Origin: Actinomycetota bacterium
GTDB taxonomy: Bacteria; Actinomycetota; Thermoleophilia; Miltoncostaeales; Miltoncostaeaceae
NCBI GenBank assembly: GCA_005792725.1
Contig: SXQZ01000202.1
Coordinates: 1-45,262, forward strand
Reading direction: 5' to 3'
Length of the DNA stretch: 45,262 bases
Part shown: one piece after another, positions 35,968 through 44,336 of the stretch
Layout: every line of letters starts with the position of its first letter
Numbering within the stretch: position 1 is the stretch's first letter
Notes under the pieces: generated by a model
Databases searched by the model: none
Told to the model about the DNA's origin: nothing
The model's input: only the letters and a program-made list of their open reading frames with translations
Program-made: the position numbers and the translations under genes

Positions 35968-36423
35968 CTAGTTCCGGATGCTCTCGACGTAGGCCACGAC
36001 GGCCTCGAGGTCGGCACCGGTGACGAGGCCGCCCGGCATGGCGCCCCCGCCGTCCCGGACCTGCTTCGTGATGGCGGCTCCGTCCATCGCGGTGGCGCTG
36101 AGCTGCGGCCCGGCGCCGGCTTCGGTGCCACCCGCCGGGTGGCAGGCCTGGCAGTTGGCCTCAAAGACGGCCTTGCCCGCCGCCACGGCCCCGCCCTCCT
36201 CGCCCCCGCCATCCGGCGGGGCGGCCTCGGACGGGGTTTCGCCGGATCCGCCCGGAGCGGACACCGTCTTCCCCTCGGAATCGGTCTGGGCCGCGACGTT
36301 CTCGATGGTCGTCGCGTCGGCGGGTGTGACCGCCGCGGACTCACCGGATCCGCACCCCGCGGCGACACCGACGAGCACGGCGGACGAGACGACGGCGGCT
36401 GCGATGGCGAATCCTCGACGCAT
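35968..36423 (-). CDS. Lipoprotein-anchored class I c-type cytochrome (paralog 1)
   Basis: Signal/lipobox MRRGFAIAAAVVSSAVLVGVAAGC, a low-complexity linker, the heme motif CQACH, and axial Met context GGAMPGG. GGGGAG lies 5 nt upstream of the ATG. Confidence 0.85.
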   Translation of the reverse strand: MRRGFAIAAAVVSSAVLVGVAAGCGSGESAAVTPADATTIENVAAQTDSEGKTVSAPGGSGETPSEAAPPDGGGEEGGAVAAGKAVFEANCQACHPAGGTEAGAGPQLSATAMDGAAITKQVRDGGGAMPGGLVTGADLEAVVAYVESIRN

Positions 36424-36533
36424 GATCACTCCCCTGGGGCGCGGTGCACTGACTGCGTCGCCACCCTACCATCGGGGGGTACGCCGATCGGGGCCCCGTT
36501 CGGGTCCGGCGGGCAACTCGGGAGGTTCATCGC

Positions 36534-37079
36534 GTGATTCAGGGACTCGACGGGGACATGCCCGTCCTCGGGGATGGGTGCTTCGTCCACGAGGCCGCCG
36601 TGGTCATCGGGCGGGTGCGGCTGGGTGACCATTCGTCAGTATGGCCGTGCGCGGTCATCCGGGGGGATGTGGAGCGAATCGACGTTGGGGCCGGGACCAA
36701 CGTGCAGGACGGCGCGGTTCTGCATGCCGACCCCGGAATGCCCTGCACGGTGGGCCAGCGGGTGACGATCGGCCATCGGGCCACCGTGCACGGATGCACG
36801 ATCGGGGATGAGGTCCTCGTGGGCATCGGGGCCACGGTGCTCAATGGCGCCGTGATCGGTTCGCAGTCCATCATCGGGGCCCATGCCCTCGTGCCCGAGG
36901 GGGTCGTGATCCCCGAGGGGGTCCTCGTCGTCGGCACGCCCGCCCGGGTCAAGCGCGACCTCACCGAGCCGGAGCGGGCCGGTCTGCGCGCCCAGGCCGC
37001 CCGGTATGTGGTGAATGCGGCGCACCACGCGGCGTCCGCCCGGCCCGGACCCCCGGGGGTTCCCCCGCAGTCCCGGTAG
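36534..37079 (+). CDS. Gamma-class carbonic anhydrase family / hexapeptide-repeat (LbH) protein
   Basis: VWPCAVIRGDV..IDVGAGTNVQDGAVLH...VTIGHRATVHGCTIGDEVLVGIGATVLNGAVIG are left-handed beta-helix hexapeptide repeats with the gamma-CA His pattern. GTG start at 36534. Confidence 0.88.
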   Translation: MIQGLDGDMPVLGDGCFVHEAAVVIGRVRLGDHSSVWPCAVIRGDVERIDVGAGTNVQDGAVLHADPGMPCTVGQRVTIGHRATVHGCTIGDEVLVGIGATVLNGAVIGSQSIIGAHALVPEGVVIPEGVLVVGTPARVKRDLTEPERAGLRAQAARYVVNAAHHAASARPGPPGVPPQSR

Positions 37080-37103
37080 CGGGCGGACGCGCGGCGCGCA
37101 GGC

Positions 37104-37493
37104 CTACTTCCTAATGCTCTCGACGTAGGCCACGACGTCCTCGAGATCGGCCCCGCTCACGAGCCCGCCGGGCATCGAGGCACTGCCCTCGCGGACCTGC
37201 GTCGCAATGGCGGCGGCATCCATTGGAGTGGAGCTGAGTTGGGGCCCGGCCCCGGCCTCGGTGCCGCCTGCGGGGTGACAGCCCTGACAGTTCGCAACGA
37301 AGACCGCCTCTCCGGCAGCGATGCCTCCGCTGGCGGCGGTCGTTACCGACGACGTGGCCGCAGTGGTGGCCGCCGGCGCAGTTGTGCCGGCGGGGCCAGT
37401 CGGGGCAGTGGCGTCACTGGACCCGCAGCCGGCAACCACGCCAATGAGGGCGGCTGACGAGACGGCCGCGACGACGGTGAGCACTCGACGCAT
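37104..37493 (-). CDS. Lipoprotein-anchored class I c-type cytochrome (paralog 2)
   Basis: MRRVLTVVAAVSSAALIGVVAGC lipobox, heme motif CQGCH. The heme domain is nearly identical to paralog 1 (PAGGTEAGAGPQLS...MPGGLV-GADLE-VVAYVESIR). GGAGG lies 7 nt upstream of the ATG at 37493. Confidence 0.85.
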   Translation of the reverse strand: MRRVLTVVAAVSSAALIGVVAGCGSSDATAPTGPAGTTAPAATTAATSSVTTAASGGIAAGEAVFVANCQGCHPAGGTEAGAGPQLSSTPMDAAAIATQVREGSASMPGGLVSGADLEDVVAYVESIRK

Positions 37494-37765
37494 GATCAAT
37501 CCTCCAAGGCTTGGTCCGCATTGGGGGAACGTCATCGACCTCTGCACGAACGGTACGCCTCCGCGCGCCCGGATCCTTGTGCTGCCGGAAAACCCGGGAC
37601 CTTCGGCTCCCGATACCGGGACGACCGCGGGACCTCCCCCGAGTGGTGGCCGCAGAATCGCCATGGCGGCACAGTGGGCCGCGATGGGTGCCGGTGGGAC
37701 GCTGCGGCCGTCGCGCGCGGTGGTCGGCCCGGTGGCGGTCAGTACCGCCCCCTCCCGGCCCCCAC

Positions 37766-37897
37766 GGGCCGCTGCCGCCCTCGGGCGGGGTCAGGTCATG
37801 GTGCATCCGGGGCCGCTGCCGCTCCCGGGCGGGGTCAGGTCAGGGTGTACTCGGGGCCGCTGCCGCCCTCGGGCGGGGTCAGTTGGCCGCCCTTCGC
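37766..37897. repeat. 44-nt tandem repeat, about 2.7 copies, straddling the ETF-QO stop codon
   Basis: gggcggggtcag recurs at 37783, 37827 and 37871, a period of 44. Copies at 37766-37809 and 37810-37853 differ at 6 of 44 positions. The third copy (37854-) matches the first exactly for 29 nt. Each unit contains the small palindrome ccgccc-tc-gggcgg. Confidence 0.85.
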
Positions 37898-39529
37898 GGT
37901 AATGGCCCCGCATTGCACGCAGTTCGGATTGTTCGTGCGCACCTGGACCATCCCGCCCGCCTCGGACCCCTCGACGATCTCATAGACCTTGGCCGGGCAC
38001 ATGTTCTCCCAGGCGACGGCGAGCTCCCGGGGCACCTCGGTGCGGATGCGGATGTGGTTCGGCTGGTCGTCGCGGGTCTTGTTCCCCGAGAGGTACACCG
38101 ACGAGAGCTTGTCGAACAGGTACTCGCCGTCCGGCTTCGGGTAGCCGCGATCCGGGCCGATGACCACCGGCTCGTGGCGGTCGGCCTTGATGGTGACCTT
38201 CCTCGGGAATGCGCCGCGGGTGACCGTGGTCATCCCCGCGACCATCCCGCCGTACAGGAAGCCCTTCTGGAAGGCCGGCCGGAAGTTCCTCACCCGCCAC
38301 AGGTCCTTCCACACCTCGGAGGCCCGGATCGCCTCGGTGTAGTTCCACAGGCCCGTGGTCTGCCCGGCGGTATCGCTCTTGATGGCGCTCGCCACCTGCT
38401 CGGCCGCGATGATGCCGGACTTCATCGCGTAGCTGACGCCCTTGAGCGCCGCGAGGTTGACGAACCCCGCGGCATCGCCGCACAGGACGGCCCCGGGCAC
38501 ATGGAAGCGGCTCGGAAGGCCGTAGATGCCGCCCGACGGAATCGTCTTGGCGCCCCAGGCGACGCGTCGTCCGCCCTCGAGGACCTCCCGGAACAGCGGG
38601 TGCGTCTTCGCCTGCTGCAGCAGGTCGTGCGCCGAGATGTTCGCGTCGGCCGCGTCGAGTCCGACGACCATCCCGATGGACACCATGTTGCCGCCCATCG
38701 GGTAGAGCCAAGCCCCGCCGTACTCGCGCCACTTGGCGCCCAGGCGCAGGGGCCAGCCGACCGTGTGGATCACCCGGTCGAGCGGCGTCGCGACCTCCCA
38801 GACCTCCTTGACGCCGAGCTCGTAGATCTGCGTGGAGTTCCGGTCGAGGTCAAAGTGCCGGCGCAGCACCCCGGCCAGATGGCCCTGCGTGCCCTCGCAG
38901 ATGACGGTGACCCGGGCCCGCACCTCGACGCCGGGCTCGAACGTCGAGAGCTCCTCGCCCTCGCGCCCGCGGCCCTTGTCCCCGGTCCGGATGCCCACGA
39001 CCCGGCCCTCCTCCACCAGCAACTGCTGGGCGTCGGTTTCGGGCAGCATGTAGGCGCCGAACTCCTCGGCCTGCTCTGCCATGAAACGCGACAACTGACT
39101 GATGGACACGACCCAGTTGCCGTGGTTGTTCAAGTCCGGCGGGGTCGGGATCCTGACCTTCCCGTTCCCGTGGAGGAAGTACACGGACTCCTTGCGGACC
39201 TCCTCGTAGATGCCGGGCGTTTCGCCGGGCGCGGCATCGGGGAACAGCGAGCGGAACGGCCCCGGGCGCATCACCGACCCGGACAGCAGATGCGAGCCGG
39301 GCCCCTTGCCCTTCTCGATGATCGCGATCGGCACCTCGCCGAGGGCTTCCATCAGCGCCTCGTCCTCGGCCATCAACTGCCCCAGCCGGATGGCGCCGGC
39401 CAGTCCCGCCGGCCCGGCGCCCACGAAGAGCACGCCGACCTCGATGTACTCGTCCTCGCCGGCCTCGGGGGCGATCACATAGTCCGAGGGGCGGTGGCGC
39501 GGCGGGTAGTCGGCGGGGATGGTGCTCAT
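37835..39529 (-). CDS. Electron-transfer flavoprotein:quinone oxidoreductase (ETF-QO, FixC-like with a C-terminal 4Fe-4S domain)
   Basis: VGVLFVGAGPAGLAGAIRL FAD fingerprint, LCGDAAGFVN, and the C-terminal ferredoxin-like CPAKVYE...NCVQCGAITAKGGQLTPPEGGSGPEYTLT typical of ETF-QO. Confidence 0.9.
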   Translation of the reverse strand: MSTIPADYPPRHRPSDYVIAPEAGEDEYIEVGVLFVGAGPAGLAGAIRLGQLMAEDEALMEALGEVPIAIIEKGKGPGSHLLSGSVMRPGPFRSLFPDAAPGETPGIYEEVRKESVYFLHGNGKVRIPTPPDLNNHGNWVVSISQLSRFMAEQAEEFGAYMLPETDAQQLLVEEGRVVGIRTGDKGRGREGEELSTFEPGVEVRARVTVICEGTQGHLAGVLRRHFDLDRNSTQIYELGVKEVWEVATPLDRVIHTVGWPLRLGAKWREYGGAWLYPMGGNMVSIGMVVGLDAADANISAHDLLQQAKTHPLFREVLEGGRRVAWGAKTIPSGGIYGLPSRFHVPGAVLCGDAAGFVNLAALKGVSYAMKSGIIAAEQVASAIKSDTAGQTTGLWNYTEAIRASEVWKDLWRVRNFRPAFQKGFLYGGMVAGMTTVTRGAFPRKVTIKADRHEPVVIGPDRGYPKPDGEYLFDKLSSVYLSGNKTRDDQPNHIRIRTEVPRELAVAWENMCPAKVYEIVEGSEAGGMVQVRTNNPNCVQCGAITAKGGQLTPPEGGSGPEYTLT

Positions 39530-39589
39530 GTCGGCGTGGTCACCTTACGGGTCGGTGTGGACAAAAACCCCGTATATGCAGGGCTTTCA

Positions 39590-39662
39590 TGGAGCATAGC
39601 GGATTCGAACCGCTGACCTCCTGGGTGCGATCCAGGCGCTCTCCCAACTGAGCTAATGCCCC
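39590..39662 (-). tRNA. tRNA-Ala (anticodon CGC)
   Basis: The reverse complement is GGGGCAT-TA-GCTC-AGTTGGGA-GAGC-G-CCTGG-ATCGCAC-CCAGG-AGGTC-AGCGG-TTCGAAT-CCGCT-ATGCTCC-A. The G3:U70 alanine identity pair is present. Confidence 0.9.
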
Positions 39663-39674
39663 CGGCGCTGCGGG

Positions 39675-40484
39675 ATGCTAGCGCGGCGCGCTGACGGCGT
39701 CACCCCGCTATCGTCCCCCGCCGTGCTCGACTTGAACGCCCACGTGCTGCCCGGCATCCACGGCGGCACGCCCGACCTTCCGGCCGCGGTGGCCGCGGTG
39801 CGCACCCTGCTGGCCGCCGGGGTCACCGCCGCCGTGGCCCCCGCCGTGGTCGGTGGGAACGTGGCCCACGACATCGCTGCCGCCGACGCCGCGCGGCGTG
39901 ACCTCACCGACGCACTCGCCGCGGCCGACCTGCCACTCGGTCTGCTCCCCGGGGCGGTCGTGCCGGCCGAGCGGCTTCCCGACCTCCCGCCGGAGGTGCT
40001 CAGCACATGCACCGCCGGGGGTGGCGGACGGTGGATCGTCGTCACCCTCCCGTCCCCCGGCTGGCCTCTGTCGCTTGCCACAACGGTGGACCGCCTGGCT
40101 CTCAGCGGCCTGGGTGTGGTGATCGCCCACCCGGAGCGCGCGGAATCCGCCCAGATGCACGCCGACCGCCTGCGCGACCTCATCGGGCGCGGGGCTCTGG
40201 TGCAGGTGGCGGCCGGCAGCCTCGCCGGCCTGCACGGCGCACGCGCCGAGCACACGGCCTTCGACCTGCTGCGGAATGGCATGGTCACGGTGGTGGCCAG
40301 TGACGAGCCGTCGGACACCCGCAGCGCGCTTGATCTCGGGGCCGCCGCCGCCACGCTCGAGCGCGTGCTCCGGCGCCCCCGCGAGGAGGTGGCCTGGATG
40401 CTCGCGACGGGGCCCGGGCAGATCGTGGCAGGCGAGCGGGTGCGGCCCCCGCGGCTCGTGCCCATGCCCCGGGACCCGGCCTAG
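39675..40484 (+). CDS. CpsB/YwqE-like PHP-domain protein, apparently degenerate metal site
   Basis: VLDLNAHVLPGIHGG, VIAHPERA and VVASDEPS align (from memory) with the CpsB blocks DIHSHILPGIDDG, AHIERY and ASDMH. A GTG at 39723 is an alternative start. Confidence 0.6.
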   Translation: MLARRADGVTPLSSPAVLDLNAHVLPGIHGGTPDLPAAVAAVRTLLAAGVTAAVAPAVVGGNVAHDIAAADAARRDLTDALAAADLPLGLLPGAVVPAERLPDLPPEVLSTCTAGGGGRWIVVTLPSPGWPLSLATTVDRLALSGLGVVIAHPERAESAQMHADRLRDLIGRGALVQVAAGSLAGLHGARAEHTAFDLLRNGMVTVVASDEPSDTRSALDLGAAAATLERVLRRPREEVAWMLATGPGQIVAGERVRPPRLVPMPRDPA

Positions 40485-40541
40485 ACGACCTGCGCCCAGG
40501 CCCCCGCCGGGGTGCCTGGGCCGAGCCCCGCCCCCGTGCGT

Positions 40542-41471
40542 TCAGTCCCCGCGGGCCGCACGGACGGACGCGAGCGTGCGCGGGAGGCCGTCCTCCACGG
40601 AGGTGCGGGGGCGCCAGCCGAGGACGCCGGCGGCCAGCGATGCATCGAGGCAGCTGCGCTGCAACTCGCCCGGACGGGGCGGCTCAAACGCGGGATCGCC
40701 CCCGCCGAGGATCCTCACGAGGTCAAGCACGGAGGTCTCCCGCCCGGTTCCGATGTTGAGGGTCTGGTGCGGGGTCCCGGCCCCTGCGCGCAGGAAGGCA
40801 TCCACGACGTCGTCCACGTACACGTAGTCGCGCGTCTGGAGCCCGTCGCCGAAGACGGTCATCGAGGCGCCGTCGATGAGACGCCCGGAGAAGATCGCAA
40901 CGACGCCGGCCTCGCCATGGGGGTCCTGGCGGGGGCCGTACACGTTGCCGAGGCGCAGGCGGACCGTCGGCACCCCGTGCAGGCGCCCGTACAACCCGCA
41001 GTACCCCTCACCCGCCAGTTTGCTCTGGCCATAGTGCGACAGCGGTCGGGGTTCCGCCGTCTCAGGCGTGGGGATCGGCAACCCGGGGTACTCGCCGTAG
41101 GACCCCCCACCGGTCGCGGCGAACACGACCCGGGCCCCGGCGTGGTGGGCCGCCTCGAGCACCGAGAGGGTGCCGCGGATGTTCACATCGGCGTCAAACG
41201 CCGGGTCGGCGATGGCCCGGCGTACGTCGGCCTGGGCGGCGAGGTGGAAGATCGTGAGCGCCCCGGCGCTCTCGACGATGCCGCGTACCGCGTCGAAGTC
41301 CCGGATGTCGGCCTCGTGCAACGTGGCCTCCGGGGGGACGTTGTGCAGGTGCCCACTCGACAGGTCGTCCACGATGTGCACCCTGCGGCCCTCGGCCACC
41401 AGTGCATCGGCGAGGGTGGACCCGATGAATCCCGCCCCGCCGGTGACGACGACGGGGCCGCCGCCGGCCAC
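40542..41471 (-). CDS. NAD-dependent epimerase/dehydratase (UDP-glucose 4-epimerase-like SDR)
   Basis: VVVTGGAGFIGSTLADAL Rossmann motif and catalytic SHYGQSK (YxxxK). Start placed at the GTG at 41471, giving 309 aa. The track extension to 41678 is Arg/Pro/Ala-rich. Confidence 0.85.
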   Translation of the reverse strand: MAGGGPVVVTGGAGFIGSTLADALVAEGRRVHIVDDLSSGHLHNVPPEATLHEADIRDFDAVRGIVESAGALTIFHLAAQADVRRAIADPAFDADVNIRGTLSVLEAAHHAGARVVFAATGGGSYGEYPGLPIPTPETAEPRPLSHYGQSKLAGEGYCGLYGRLHGVPTVRLRLGNVYGPRQDPHGEAGVVAIFSGRLIDGASMTVFGDGLQTRDYVYVDDVVDAFLRAGAGTPHQTLNIGTGRETSVLDLVRILGGGDPAFEPPRPGELQRSCLDASLAAGVLGWRPRTSVEDGLPRTLASVRAARGD

Positions 41472-41581
41472 TGCTAGCCTCGCTGGGGCATGGACGCCCC
41501 GTGTCGCGACAACCTCATGACGGCCTCCGGATCGTGGTCGGGCGGCAGCATGGCCCACCGCTGCGGCGGGCGCAAGGCGAC

Positions 41582-41761
41582 ATGATGAGTGCCCGCCGAC
41601 CAGGCCCGCACCCGGAGGTGCTGTCCCGGCTGGCGCAGGGCGTGCAGGGAGACGATCCCCGGCGCCCACCATCCGCACCGGCGCGGATGGTGGGGATCGC
41701 GCTGTGCGCGGTCACGGCGGCGACGGTGCTGGGCGCGATCATCATGGTCGGGTCCCCGTGA
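41582..41761 (+). CDS. Possible small tail-anchored membrane protein upstream of tmk
   Basis: MMSARRPGPHPEVLSRLAQGV...MVGIALCAVTAATVLGAIIMVGSP ends in one TM helix, and its stop overlaps the tmk GTG (GTGA). There is no homology evidence; it could be a chance ORF. Confidence 0.25.
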   Translation: MMSARRPGPHPEVLSRLAQGVQGDDPRRPPSAPARMVGIALCAVTAATVLGAIIMVGSP

Positions 41762-42369
41762 CGGGCACGTTCATCTCCCTCGAAGGCGTGGATGGCTCCG
41801 GCAAGAGCACCCAGGCCGTCATGCTCGCGGAGGCGCTGCGCGACCGGGGCCACGACGTGGTGCATGTACGCGAGCCCGGGGGCACTCCCCTCGGCGAAGC
41901 CGTGCGCGAGGTCGTCCTCGGCCCCGATCCGATGAGCCCATGGGCCGAGGCCTTCCTCTTCGCCGCCGCCCGTGCCCAGTTGGTCGCCGACATCATCGAT
42001 CCCGCGCTTGCCGAGGGGCGCTGGGTGGTGGCCGACCGGTTCATCGACTCGTCGCTGGCGTATCAGGGCGCCGCGCGCGGCCTGGGCATTCACCAGGTGG
42101 CCGCCGTCAACGCCCCCGGCATCGGCGGCCGGCTCCCGGACCTCACCATCGTGCTGGACATCGCGCCGGGCGCCGCCACCGACCGCCGCGCCGGGCGCGG
42201 GAGCGTGGACCGCATCGAGGACGAGGGCGACGCGCTGCAGGAGAGTGTTGCCCGGGGCTATCGCGAGGTGGCGCGGGAGTACCCCGATCGCGTTCACCTC
42301 ATCCCGGCCGCCGGGACGCTGGACGAGGTTCATGCACGGGTGATGGCCACGGTCATCGGCAACCTGTGA
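41758..42369 (+). CDS. tmk: Thymidylate kinase
   Basis: FISLEGVDGSGKSTQ P-loop, REPGGTPLGE, and DRFIDSSLAYQG (DR[YF] motif). Confidence 0.9.
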   Translation: MTGTFISLEGVDGSGKSTQAVMLAEALRDRGHDVVHVREPGGTPLGEAVREVVLGPDPMSPWAEAFLFAAARAQLVADIIDPALAEGRWVVADRFIDSSLAYQGAARGLGIHQVAAVNAPGIGGRLPDLTIVLDIAPGAATDRRAGRGSVDRIEDEGDALQESVARGYREVAREYPDRVHLIPAAGTLDEVHARVMATVIGNL

Positions 42370-43481
42370 CGATTGCGGTTCCGGGCCAGCCGGTGGCCGA
42401 GAGGATCCTTGTCGCCGCCGTCCGCCGTCCATCGCCGCCCCAACAGGTGCTCCTGCACGGTCCGCGGGGATCCGGCCGGCACCGCGCCGCCCGGGCCGTC
42501 GCCTGGGCGCTCGTCGATCCCGGTGGCGACCACGACCCGGACGAGGTCTCCCTCGACATCTCCACCGTCGCGGCGTCGGGCACAACCATCCGGCTGGAGG
42601 ACGAACTCGAGCCGGCGCTCCGAGACCTGGCGTCGCGACCGGTCGTCGGCGCACGGCGGGTGATGATCATCGACGGGGCCGAGCGGCTGCGGCCCCAGGA
42701 GGGTGCCGACCGAATCCTCAAGATCCTTGAGGAGCCCCCTCCCCTCTCCCACGTGATCCTCGTCACCGAGCGCCTGGGCGACCTCACCCCGACCATCCGG
42801 TCCCGCTGCATGCCGGTGCCCTTCCGGACGCCCGGATGGCGGGTTATCGCTGCCGAACTCGAGGCCCGTGGCGTGCCTGCCGCGGACGCCCGGGCCCGGG
42901 CGCGGGCTGACGGGCTGCTGGCCCTGCAGGTGGGGCCCTTCGAGCACCGCCTTCGGGCGCTTGGCACCGACATGGGGATCGCGACCCTCGAGGGCACGGG
43001 CAGCGGTGCGGGTCTGGTCCACGACATCGCGCAGGCCATGGAGGCCGCGGCCGCCGACCACCCGTCCGACGACCTCGAGCGCCTTCGGGCCGAGGCGGCC
43101 GCCCTCGAAGGGAAGCGCGGGGGACGGACGGCGCAGAAGCGCGCCGAGGACGTGGCCCGGCGCCAGCGCCGGCGCCTCGTGACGGAGGGGTGGGGCCATG
43201 TCCTGGACGGCGTCGCCGCCGTCTATGCGGACGCCCTCGCTGTGGCGGTGGGCGCACCCGGCGCGGTGCGCCACGAGGATCTCGTCGGCCGCCTCGGGGA
43301 CGCCGTACACCCGGAGCAGCGGCTGGCCGTCGAGGCCGGGCTCGAGGAGATCCAGCGCACCCGGGCGGGGTTCCGGCTCAACCCGCTCGCCGACCTGTGG
43401 GTCGAGGGCCGTCTCAATCGCCTCGCGCTCATCCGTCGCGGCAGCACCCCGCCACCCCGGGCACCGGGCGCGGCGCGGTAA
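42366..43481 (+). CDS. holB: DNA polymerase III delta-prime subunit
   Basis: LLHGPRGSGRHRAARAVAWAL, MIIDGAERL, ILKILEEPP and the sensor motif TIRSRC. The GTG at 42366 overlaps the tmk stop (GTGA). The same frame upstream overlaps tmk and was discarded. Confidence 0.85.
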   Translation: MTIAVPGQPVAERILVAAVRRPSPPQQVLLHGPRGSGRHRAARAVAWALVDPGGDHDPDEVSLDISTVAASGTTIRLEDELEPALRDLASRPVVGARRVMIIDGAERLRPQEGADRILKILEEPPPLSHVILVTERLGDLTPTIRSRCMPVPFRTPGWRVIAAELEARGVPAADARARARADGLLALQVGPFEHRLRALGTDMGIATLEGTGSGAGLVHDIAQAMEAAAADHPSDDLERLRAEAAALEGKRGGRTAQKRAEDVARRQRRRLVTEGWGHVLDGVAAVYADALAVAVGAPGAVRHEDLVGRLGDAVHPEQRLAVEAGLEEIQRTRAGFRLNPLADLWVEGRLNRLALIRRGSTPPPRAPGAAR

Positions 43482-43490
43482 TCTGACGCC

Positions 43491-43925
43491 ATGCGCTCGA
43501 CGACACTGCTGGCGATCGCTGCCTCCTGTTCACTGGCCCTCGCCGGGGGCGCCGTCGCCGCGCCTCCCGCCCAGATCACCACTCCCACGCGGAACATCGG
43601 CTGCATCGGGATGGACATCGACGGCAGTGCGGTTTTGCGCTGCGATATCCGGGTGTCCACGTTCAAGAAGCCGAAGCCGCCGGCGGGGTGTGACCTCGAC
43701 TACGGCGACGCGCTGACCCTCGCCGCGACCGGCCGCTCGCGGTGGATCTGCCACGGCGACACGGCGCTCCCACCCCCGAAGGGTCGCGGGTTCACGACGA
43801 TCCGATACGGGCGCACCTGGGTGTGGGGACCCTTCTCGTGCATCAGCCGGGTCACCGCCCTCGAGTGCCGCAATGACCAAGGGCACGGGTTCGCCCTCTC
43901 CCGCCTGCGGGTCAAGCGGTTCTGA
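43491..43925 (+). CDS. Secreted Cys-containing hypothetical protein (144 aa)
   Basis: Signal peptide MRSTTLLAIAASCSLALAGGAVAAP, then six further Cys residues spaced through a beta-rich sequence (GCIGMD, LRCDI, GCDLDYG, WICHGD, FSCIS, LECRN). Confidence 0.65.
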   Translation: MRSTTLLAIAASCSLALAGGAVAAPPAQITTPTRNIGCIGMDIDGSAVLRCDIRVSTFKKPKPPAGCDLDYGDALTLAATGRSRWICHGDTALPPPKGRGFTTIRYGRTWVWGPFSCISRVTALECRNDQGHGFALSRLRVKRF

Positions 43926-43950
43926 CGTCGGCTAGCATCCCGCGCCGCGT

Positions 43951-44023
43951 GCCGACGTAGCTCAGCTGGTAGAGCACTTCACTCGTAATGAAGGGGTCAG
44001 CGGTTCGAATCCGCTCGTCGGCT
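43951..44023 (+). tRNA. tRNA-Thr (anticodon CGU)
   Basis: GCCGACG-TA-GCTC-AGCTGGTA-GAGC-A-CTTCA-CTCGTAA-TGAAG-GGGTC-AGCGG-TTCGAAT-CCGCT-CGTCGGC-T. Confidence 0.9.
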
Positions 44024-44288
44024 TCCCCTGTCCGGGCGCAGTCCGGAAGGCGGGTCCCGAGCCACCCACGGACCACGGGCACCGCGCCGGCGCCGGCGCG
44101 GCAGCATCGTGAGGTGGGCCGGGAGGGCCCTGTGCACGGGGTCGTGCGGCCACGACCAATCGGGGGGGCGGGGGCCGTGGCACCTCTCGGGACGGGTGGA
44201 GCAGGCACGCGCTCTGCGATCAAAAACCACACGGGGCATCCCCTCGCGCTCCCGGGAGCGATACCACCGGCGACCGCCCGGGGGTGCT

Positions 44289-44322
44289 CCGCGGTTCGTG
44301 AGACGAGGCCCACGAACCGCGG
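44289..44322 (-). terminator. Perfect 12-bp stem-loop 15 nt downstream of the 44337-45101 CDS
   Basis: ccgcggttcgtg (44289-300) and cacgaaccgcgg (44311-322) are exact inverted repeats around a 10-nt loop. No U-tract follows on the minus strand. Confidence 0.45.
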
Positions 44323-44336
44323 GCCCTAGGATTGTG

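Noticed and set aside
37766-37897. Three evenly spaced repeats considered as a miniature CRISPR array
   Set aside because: The units are contiguous, with a 44-nt period and no spacers. They overlap the end of a CDS, and no cas genes are present. This is a tandem duplication, not a CRISPR array.
37511-39616. 701-aa plus-strand ORF, the longest in the window
   Set aside because: It is antisense to the well-supported ETF-QO gene and runs into the tRNA-Ala gene. Its composition is dominated by Arg, Gly, Pro, Leu, Asp and His with no recognisable domain. It is a shadow ORF.
41515-42654. 379-aa minus-strand ORF, and the 41589-42365 upstream part of the holB frame
   Set aside because: Both overlap tmk, which has a clear P-loop and DRF motif in another frame. 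The sequences are Arg/Pro/Gly-rich. holB has a plausible GTGA-coupled start at 42366.
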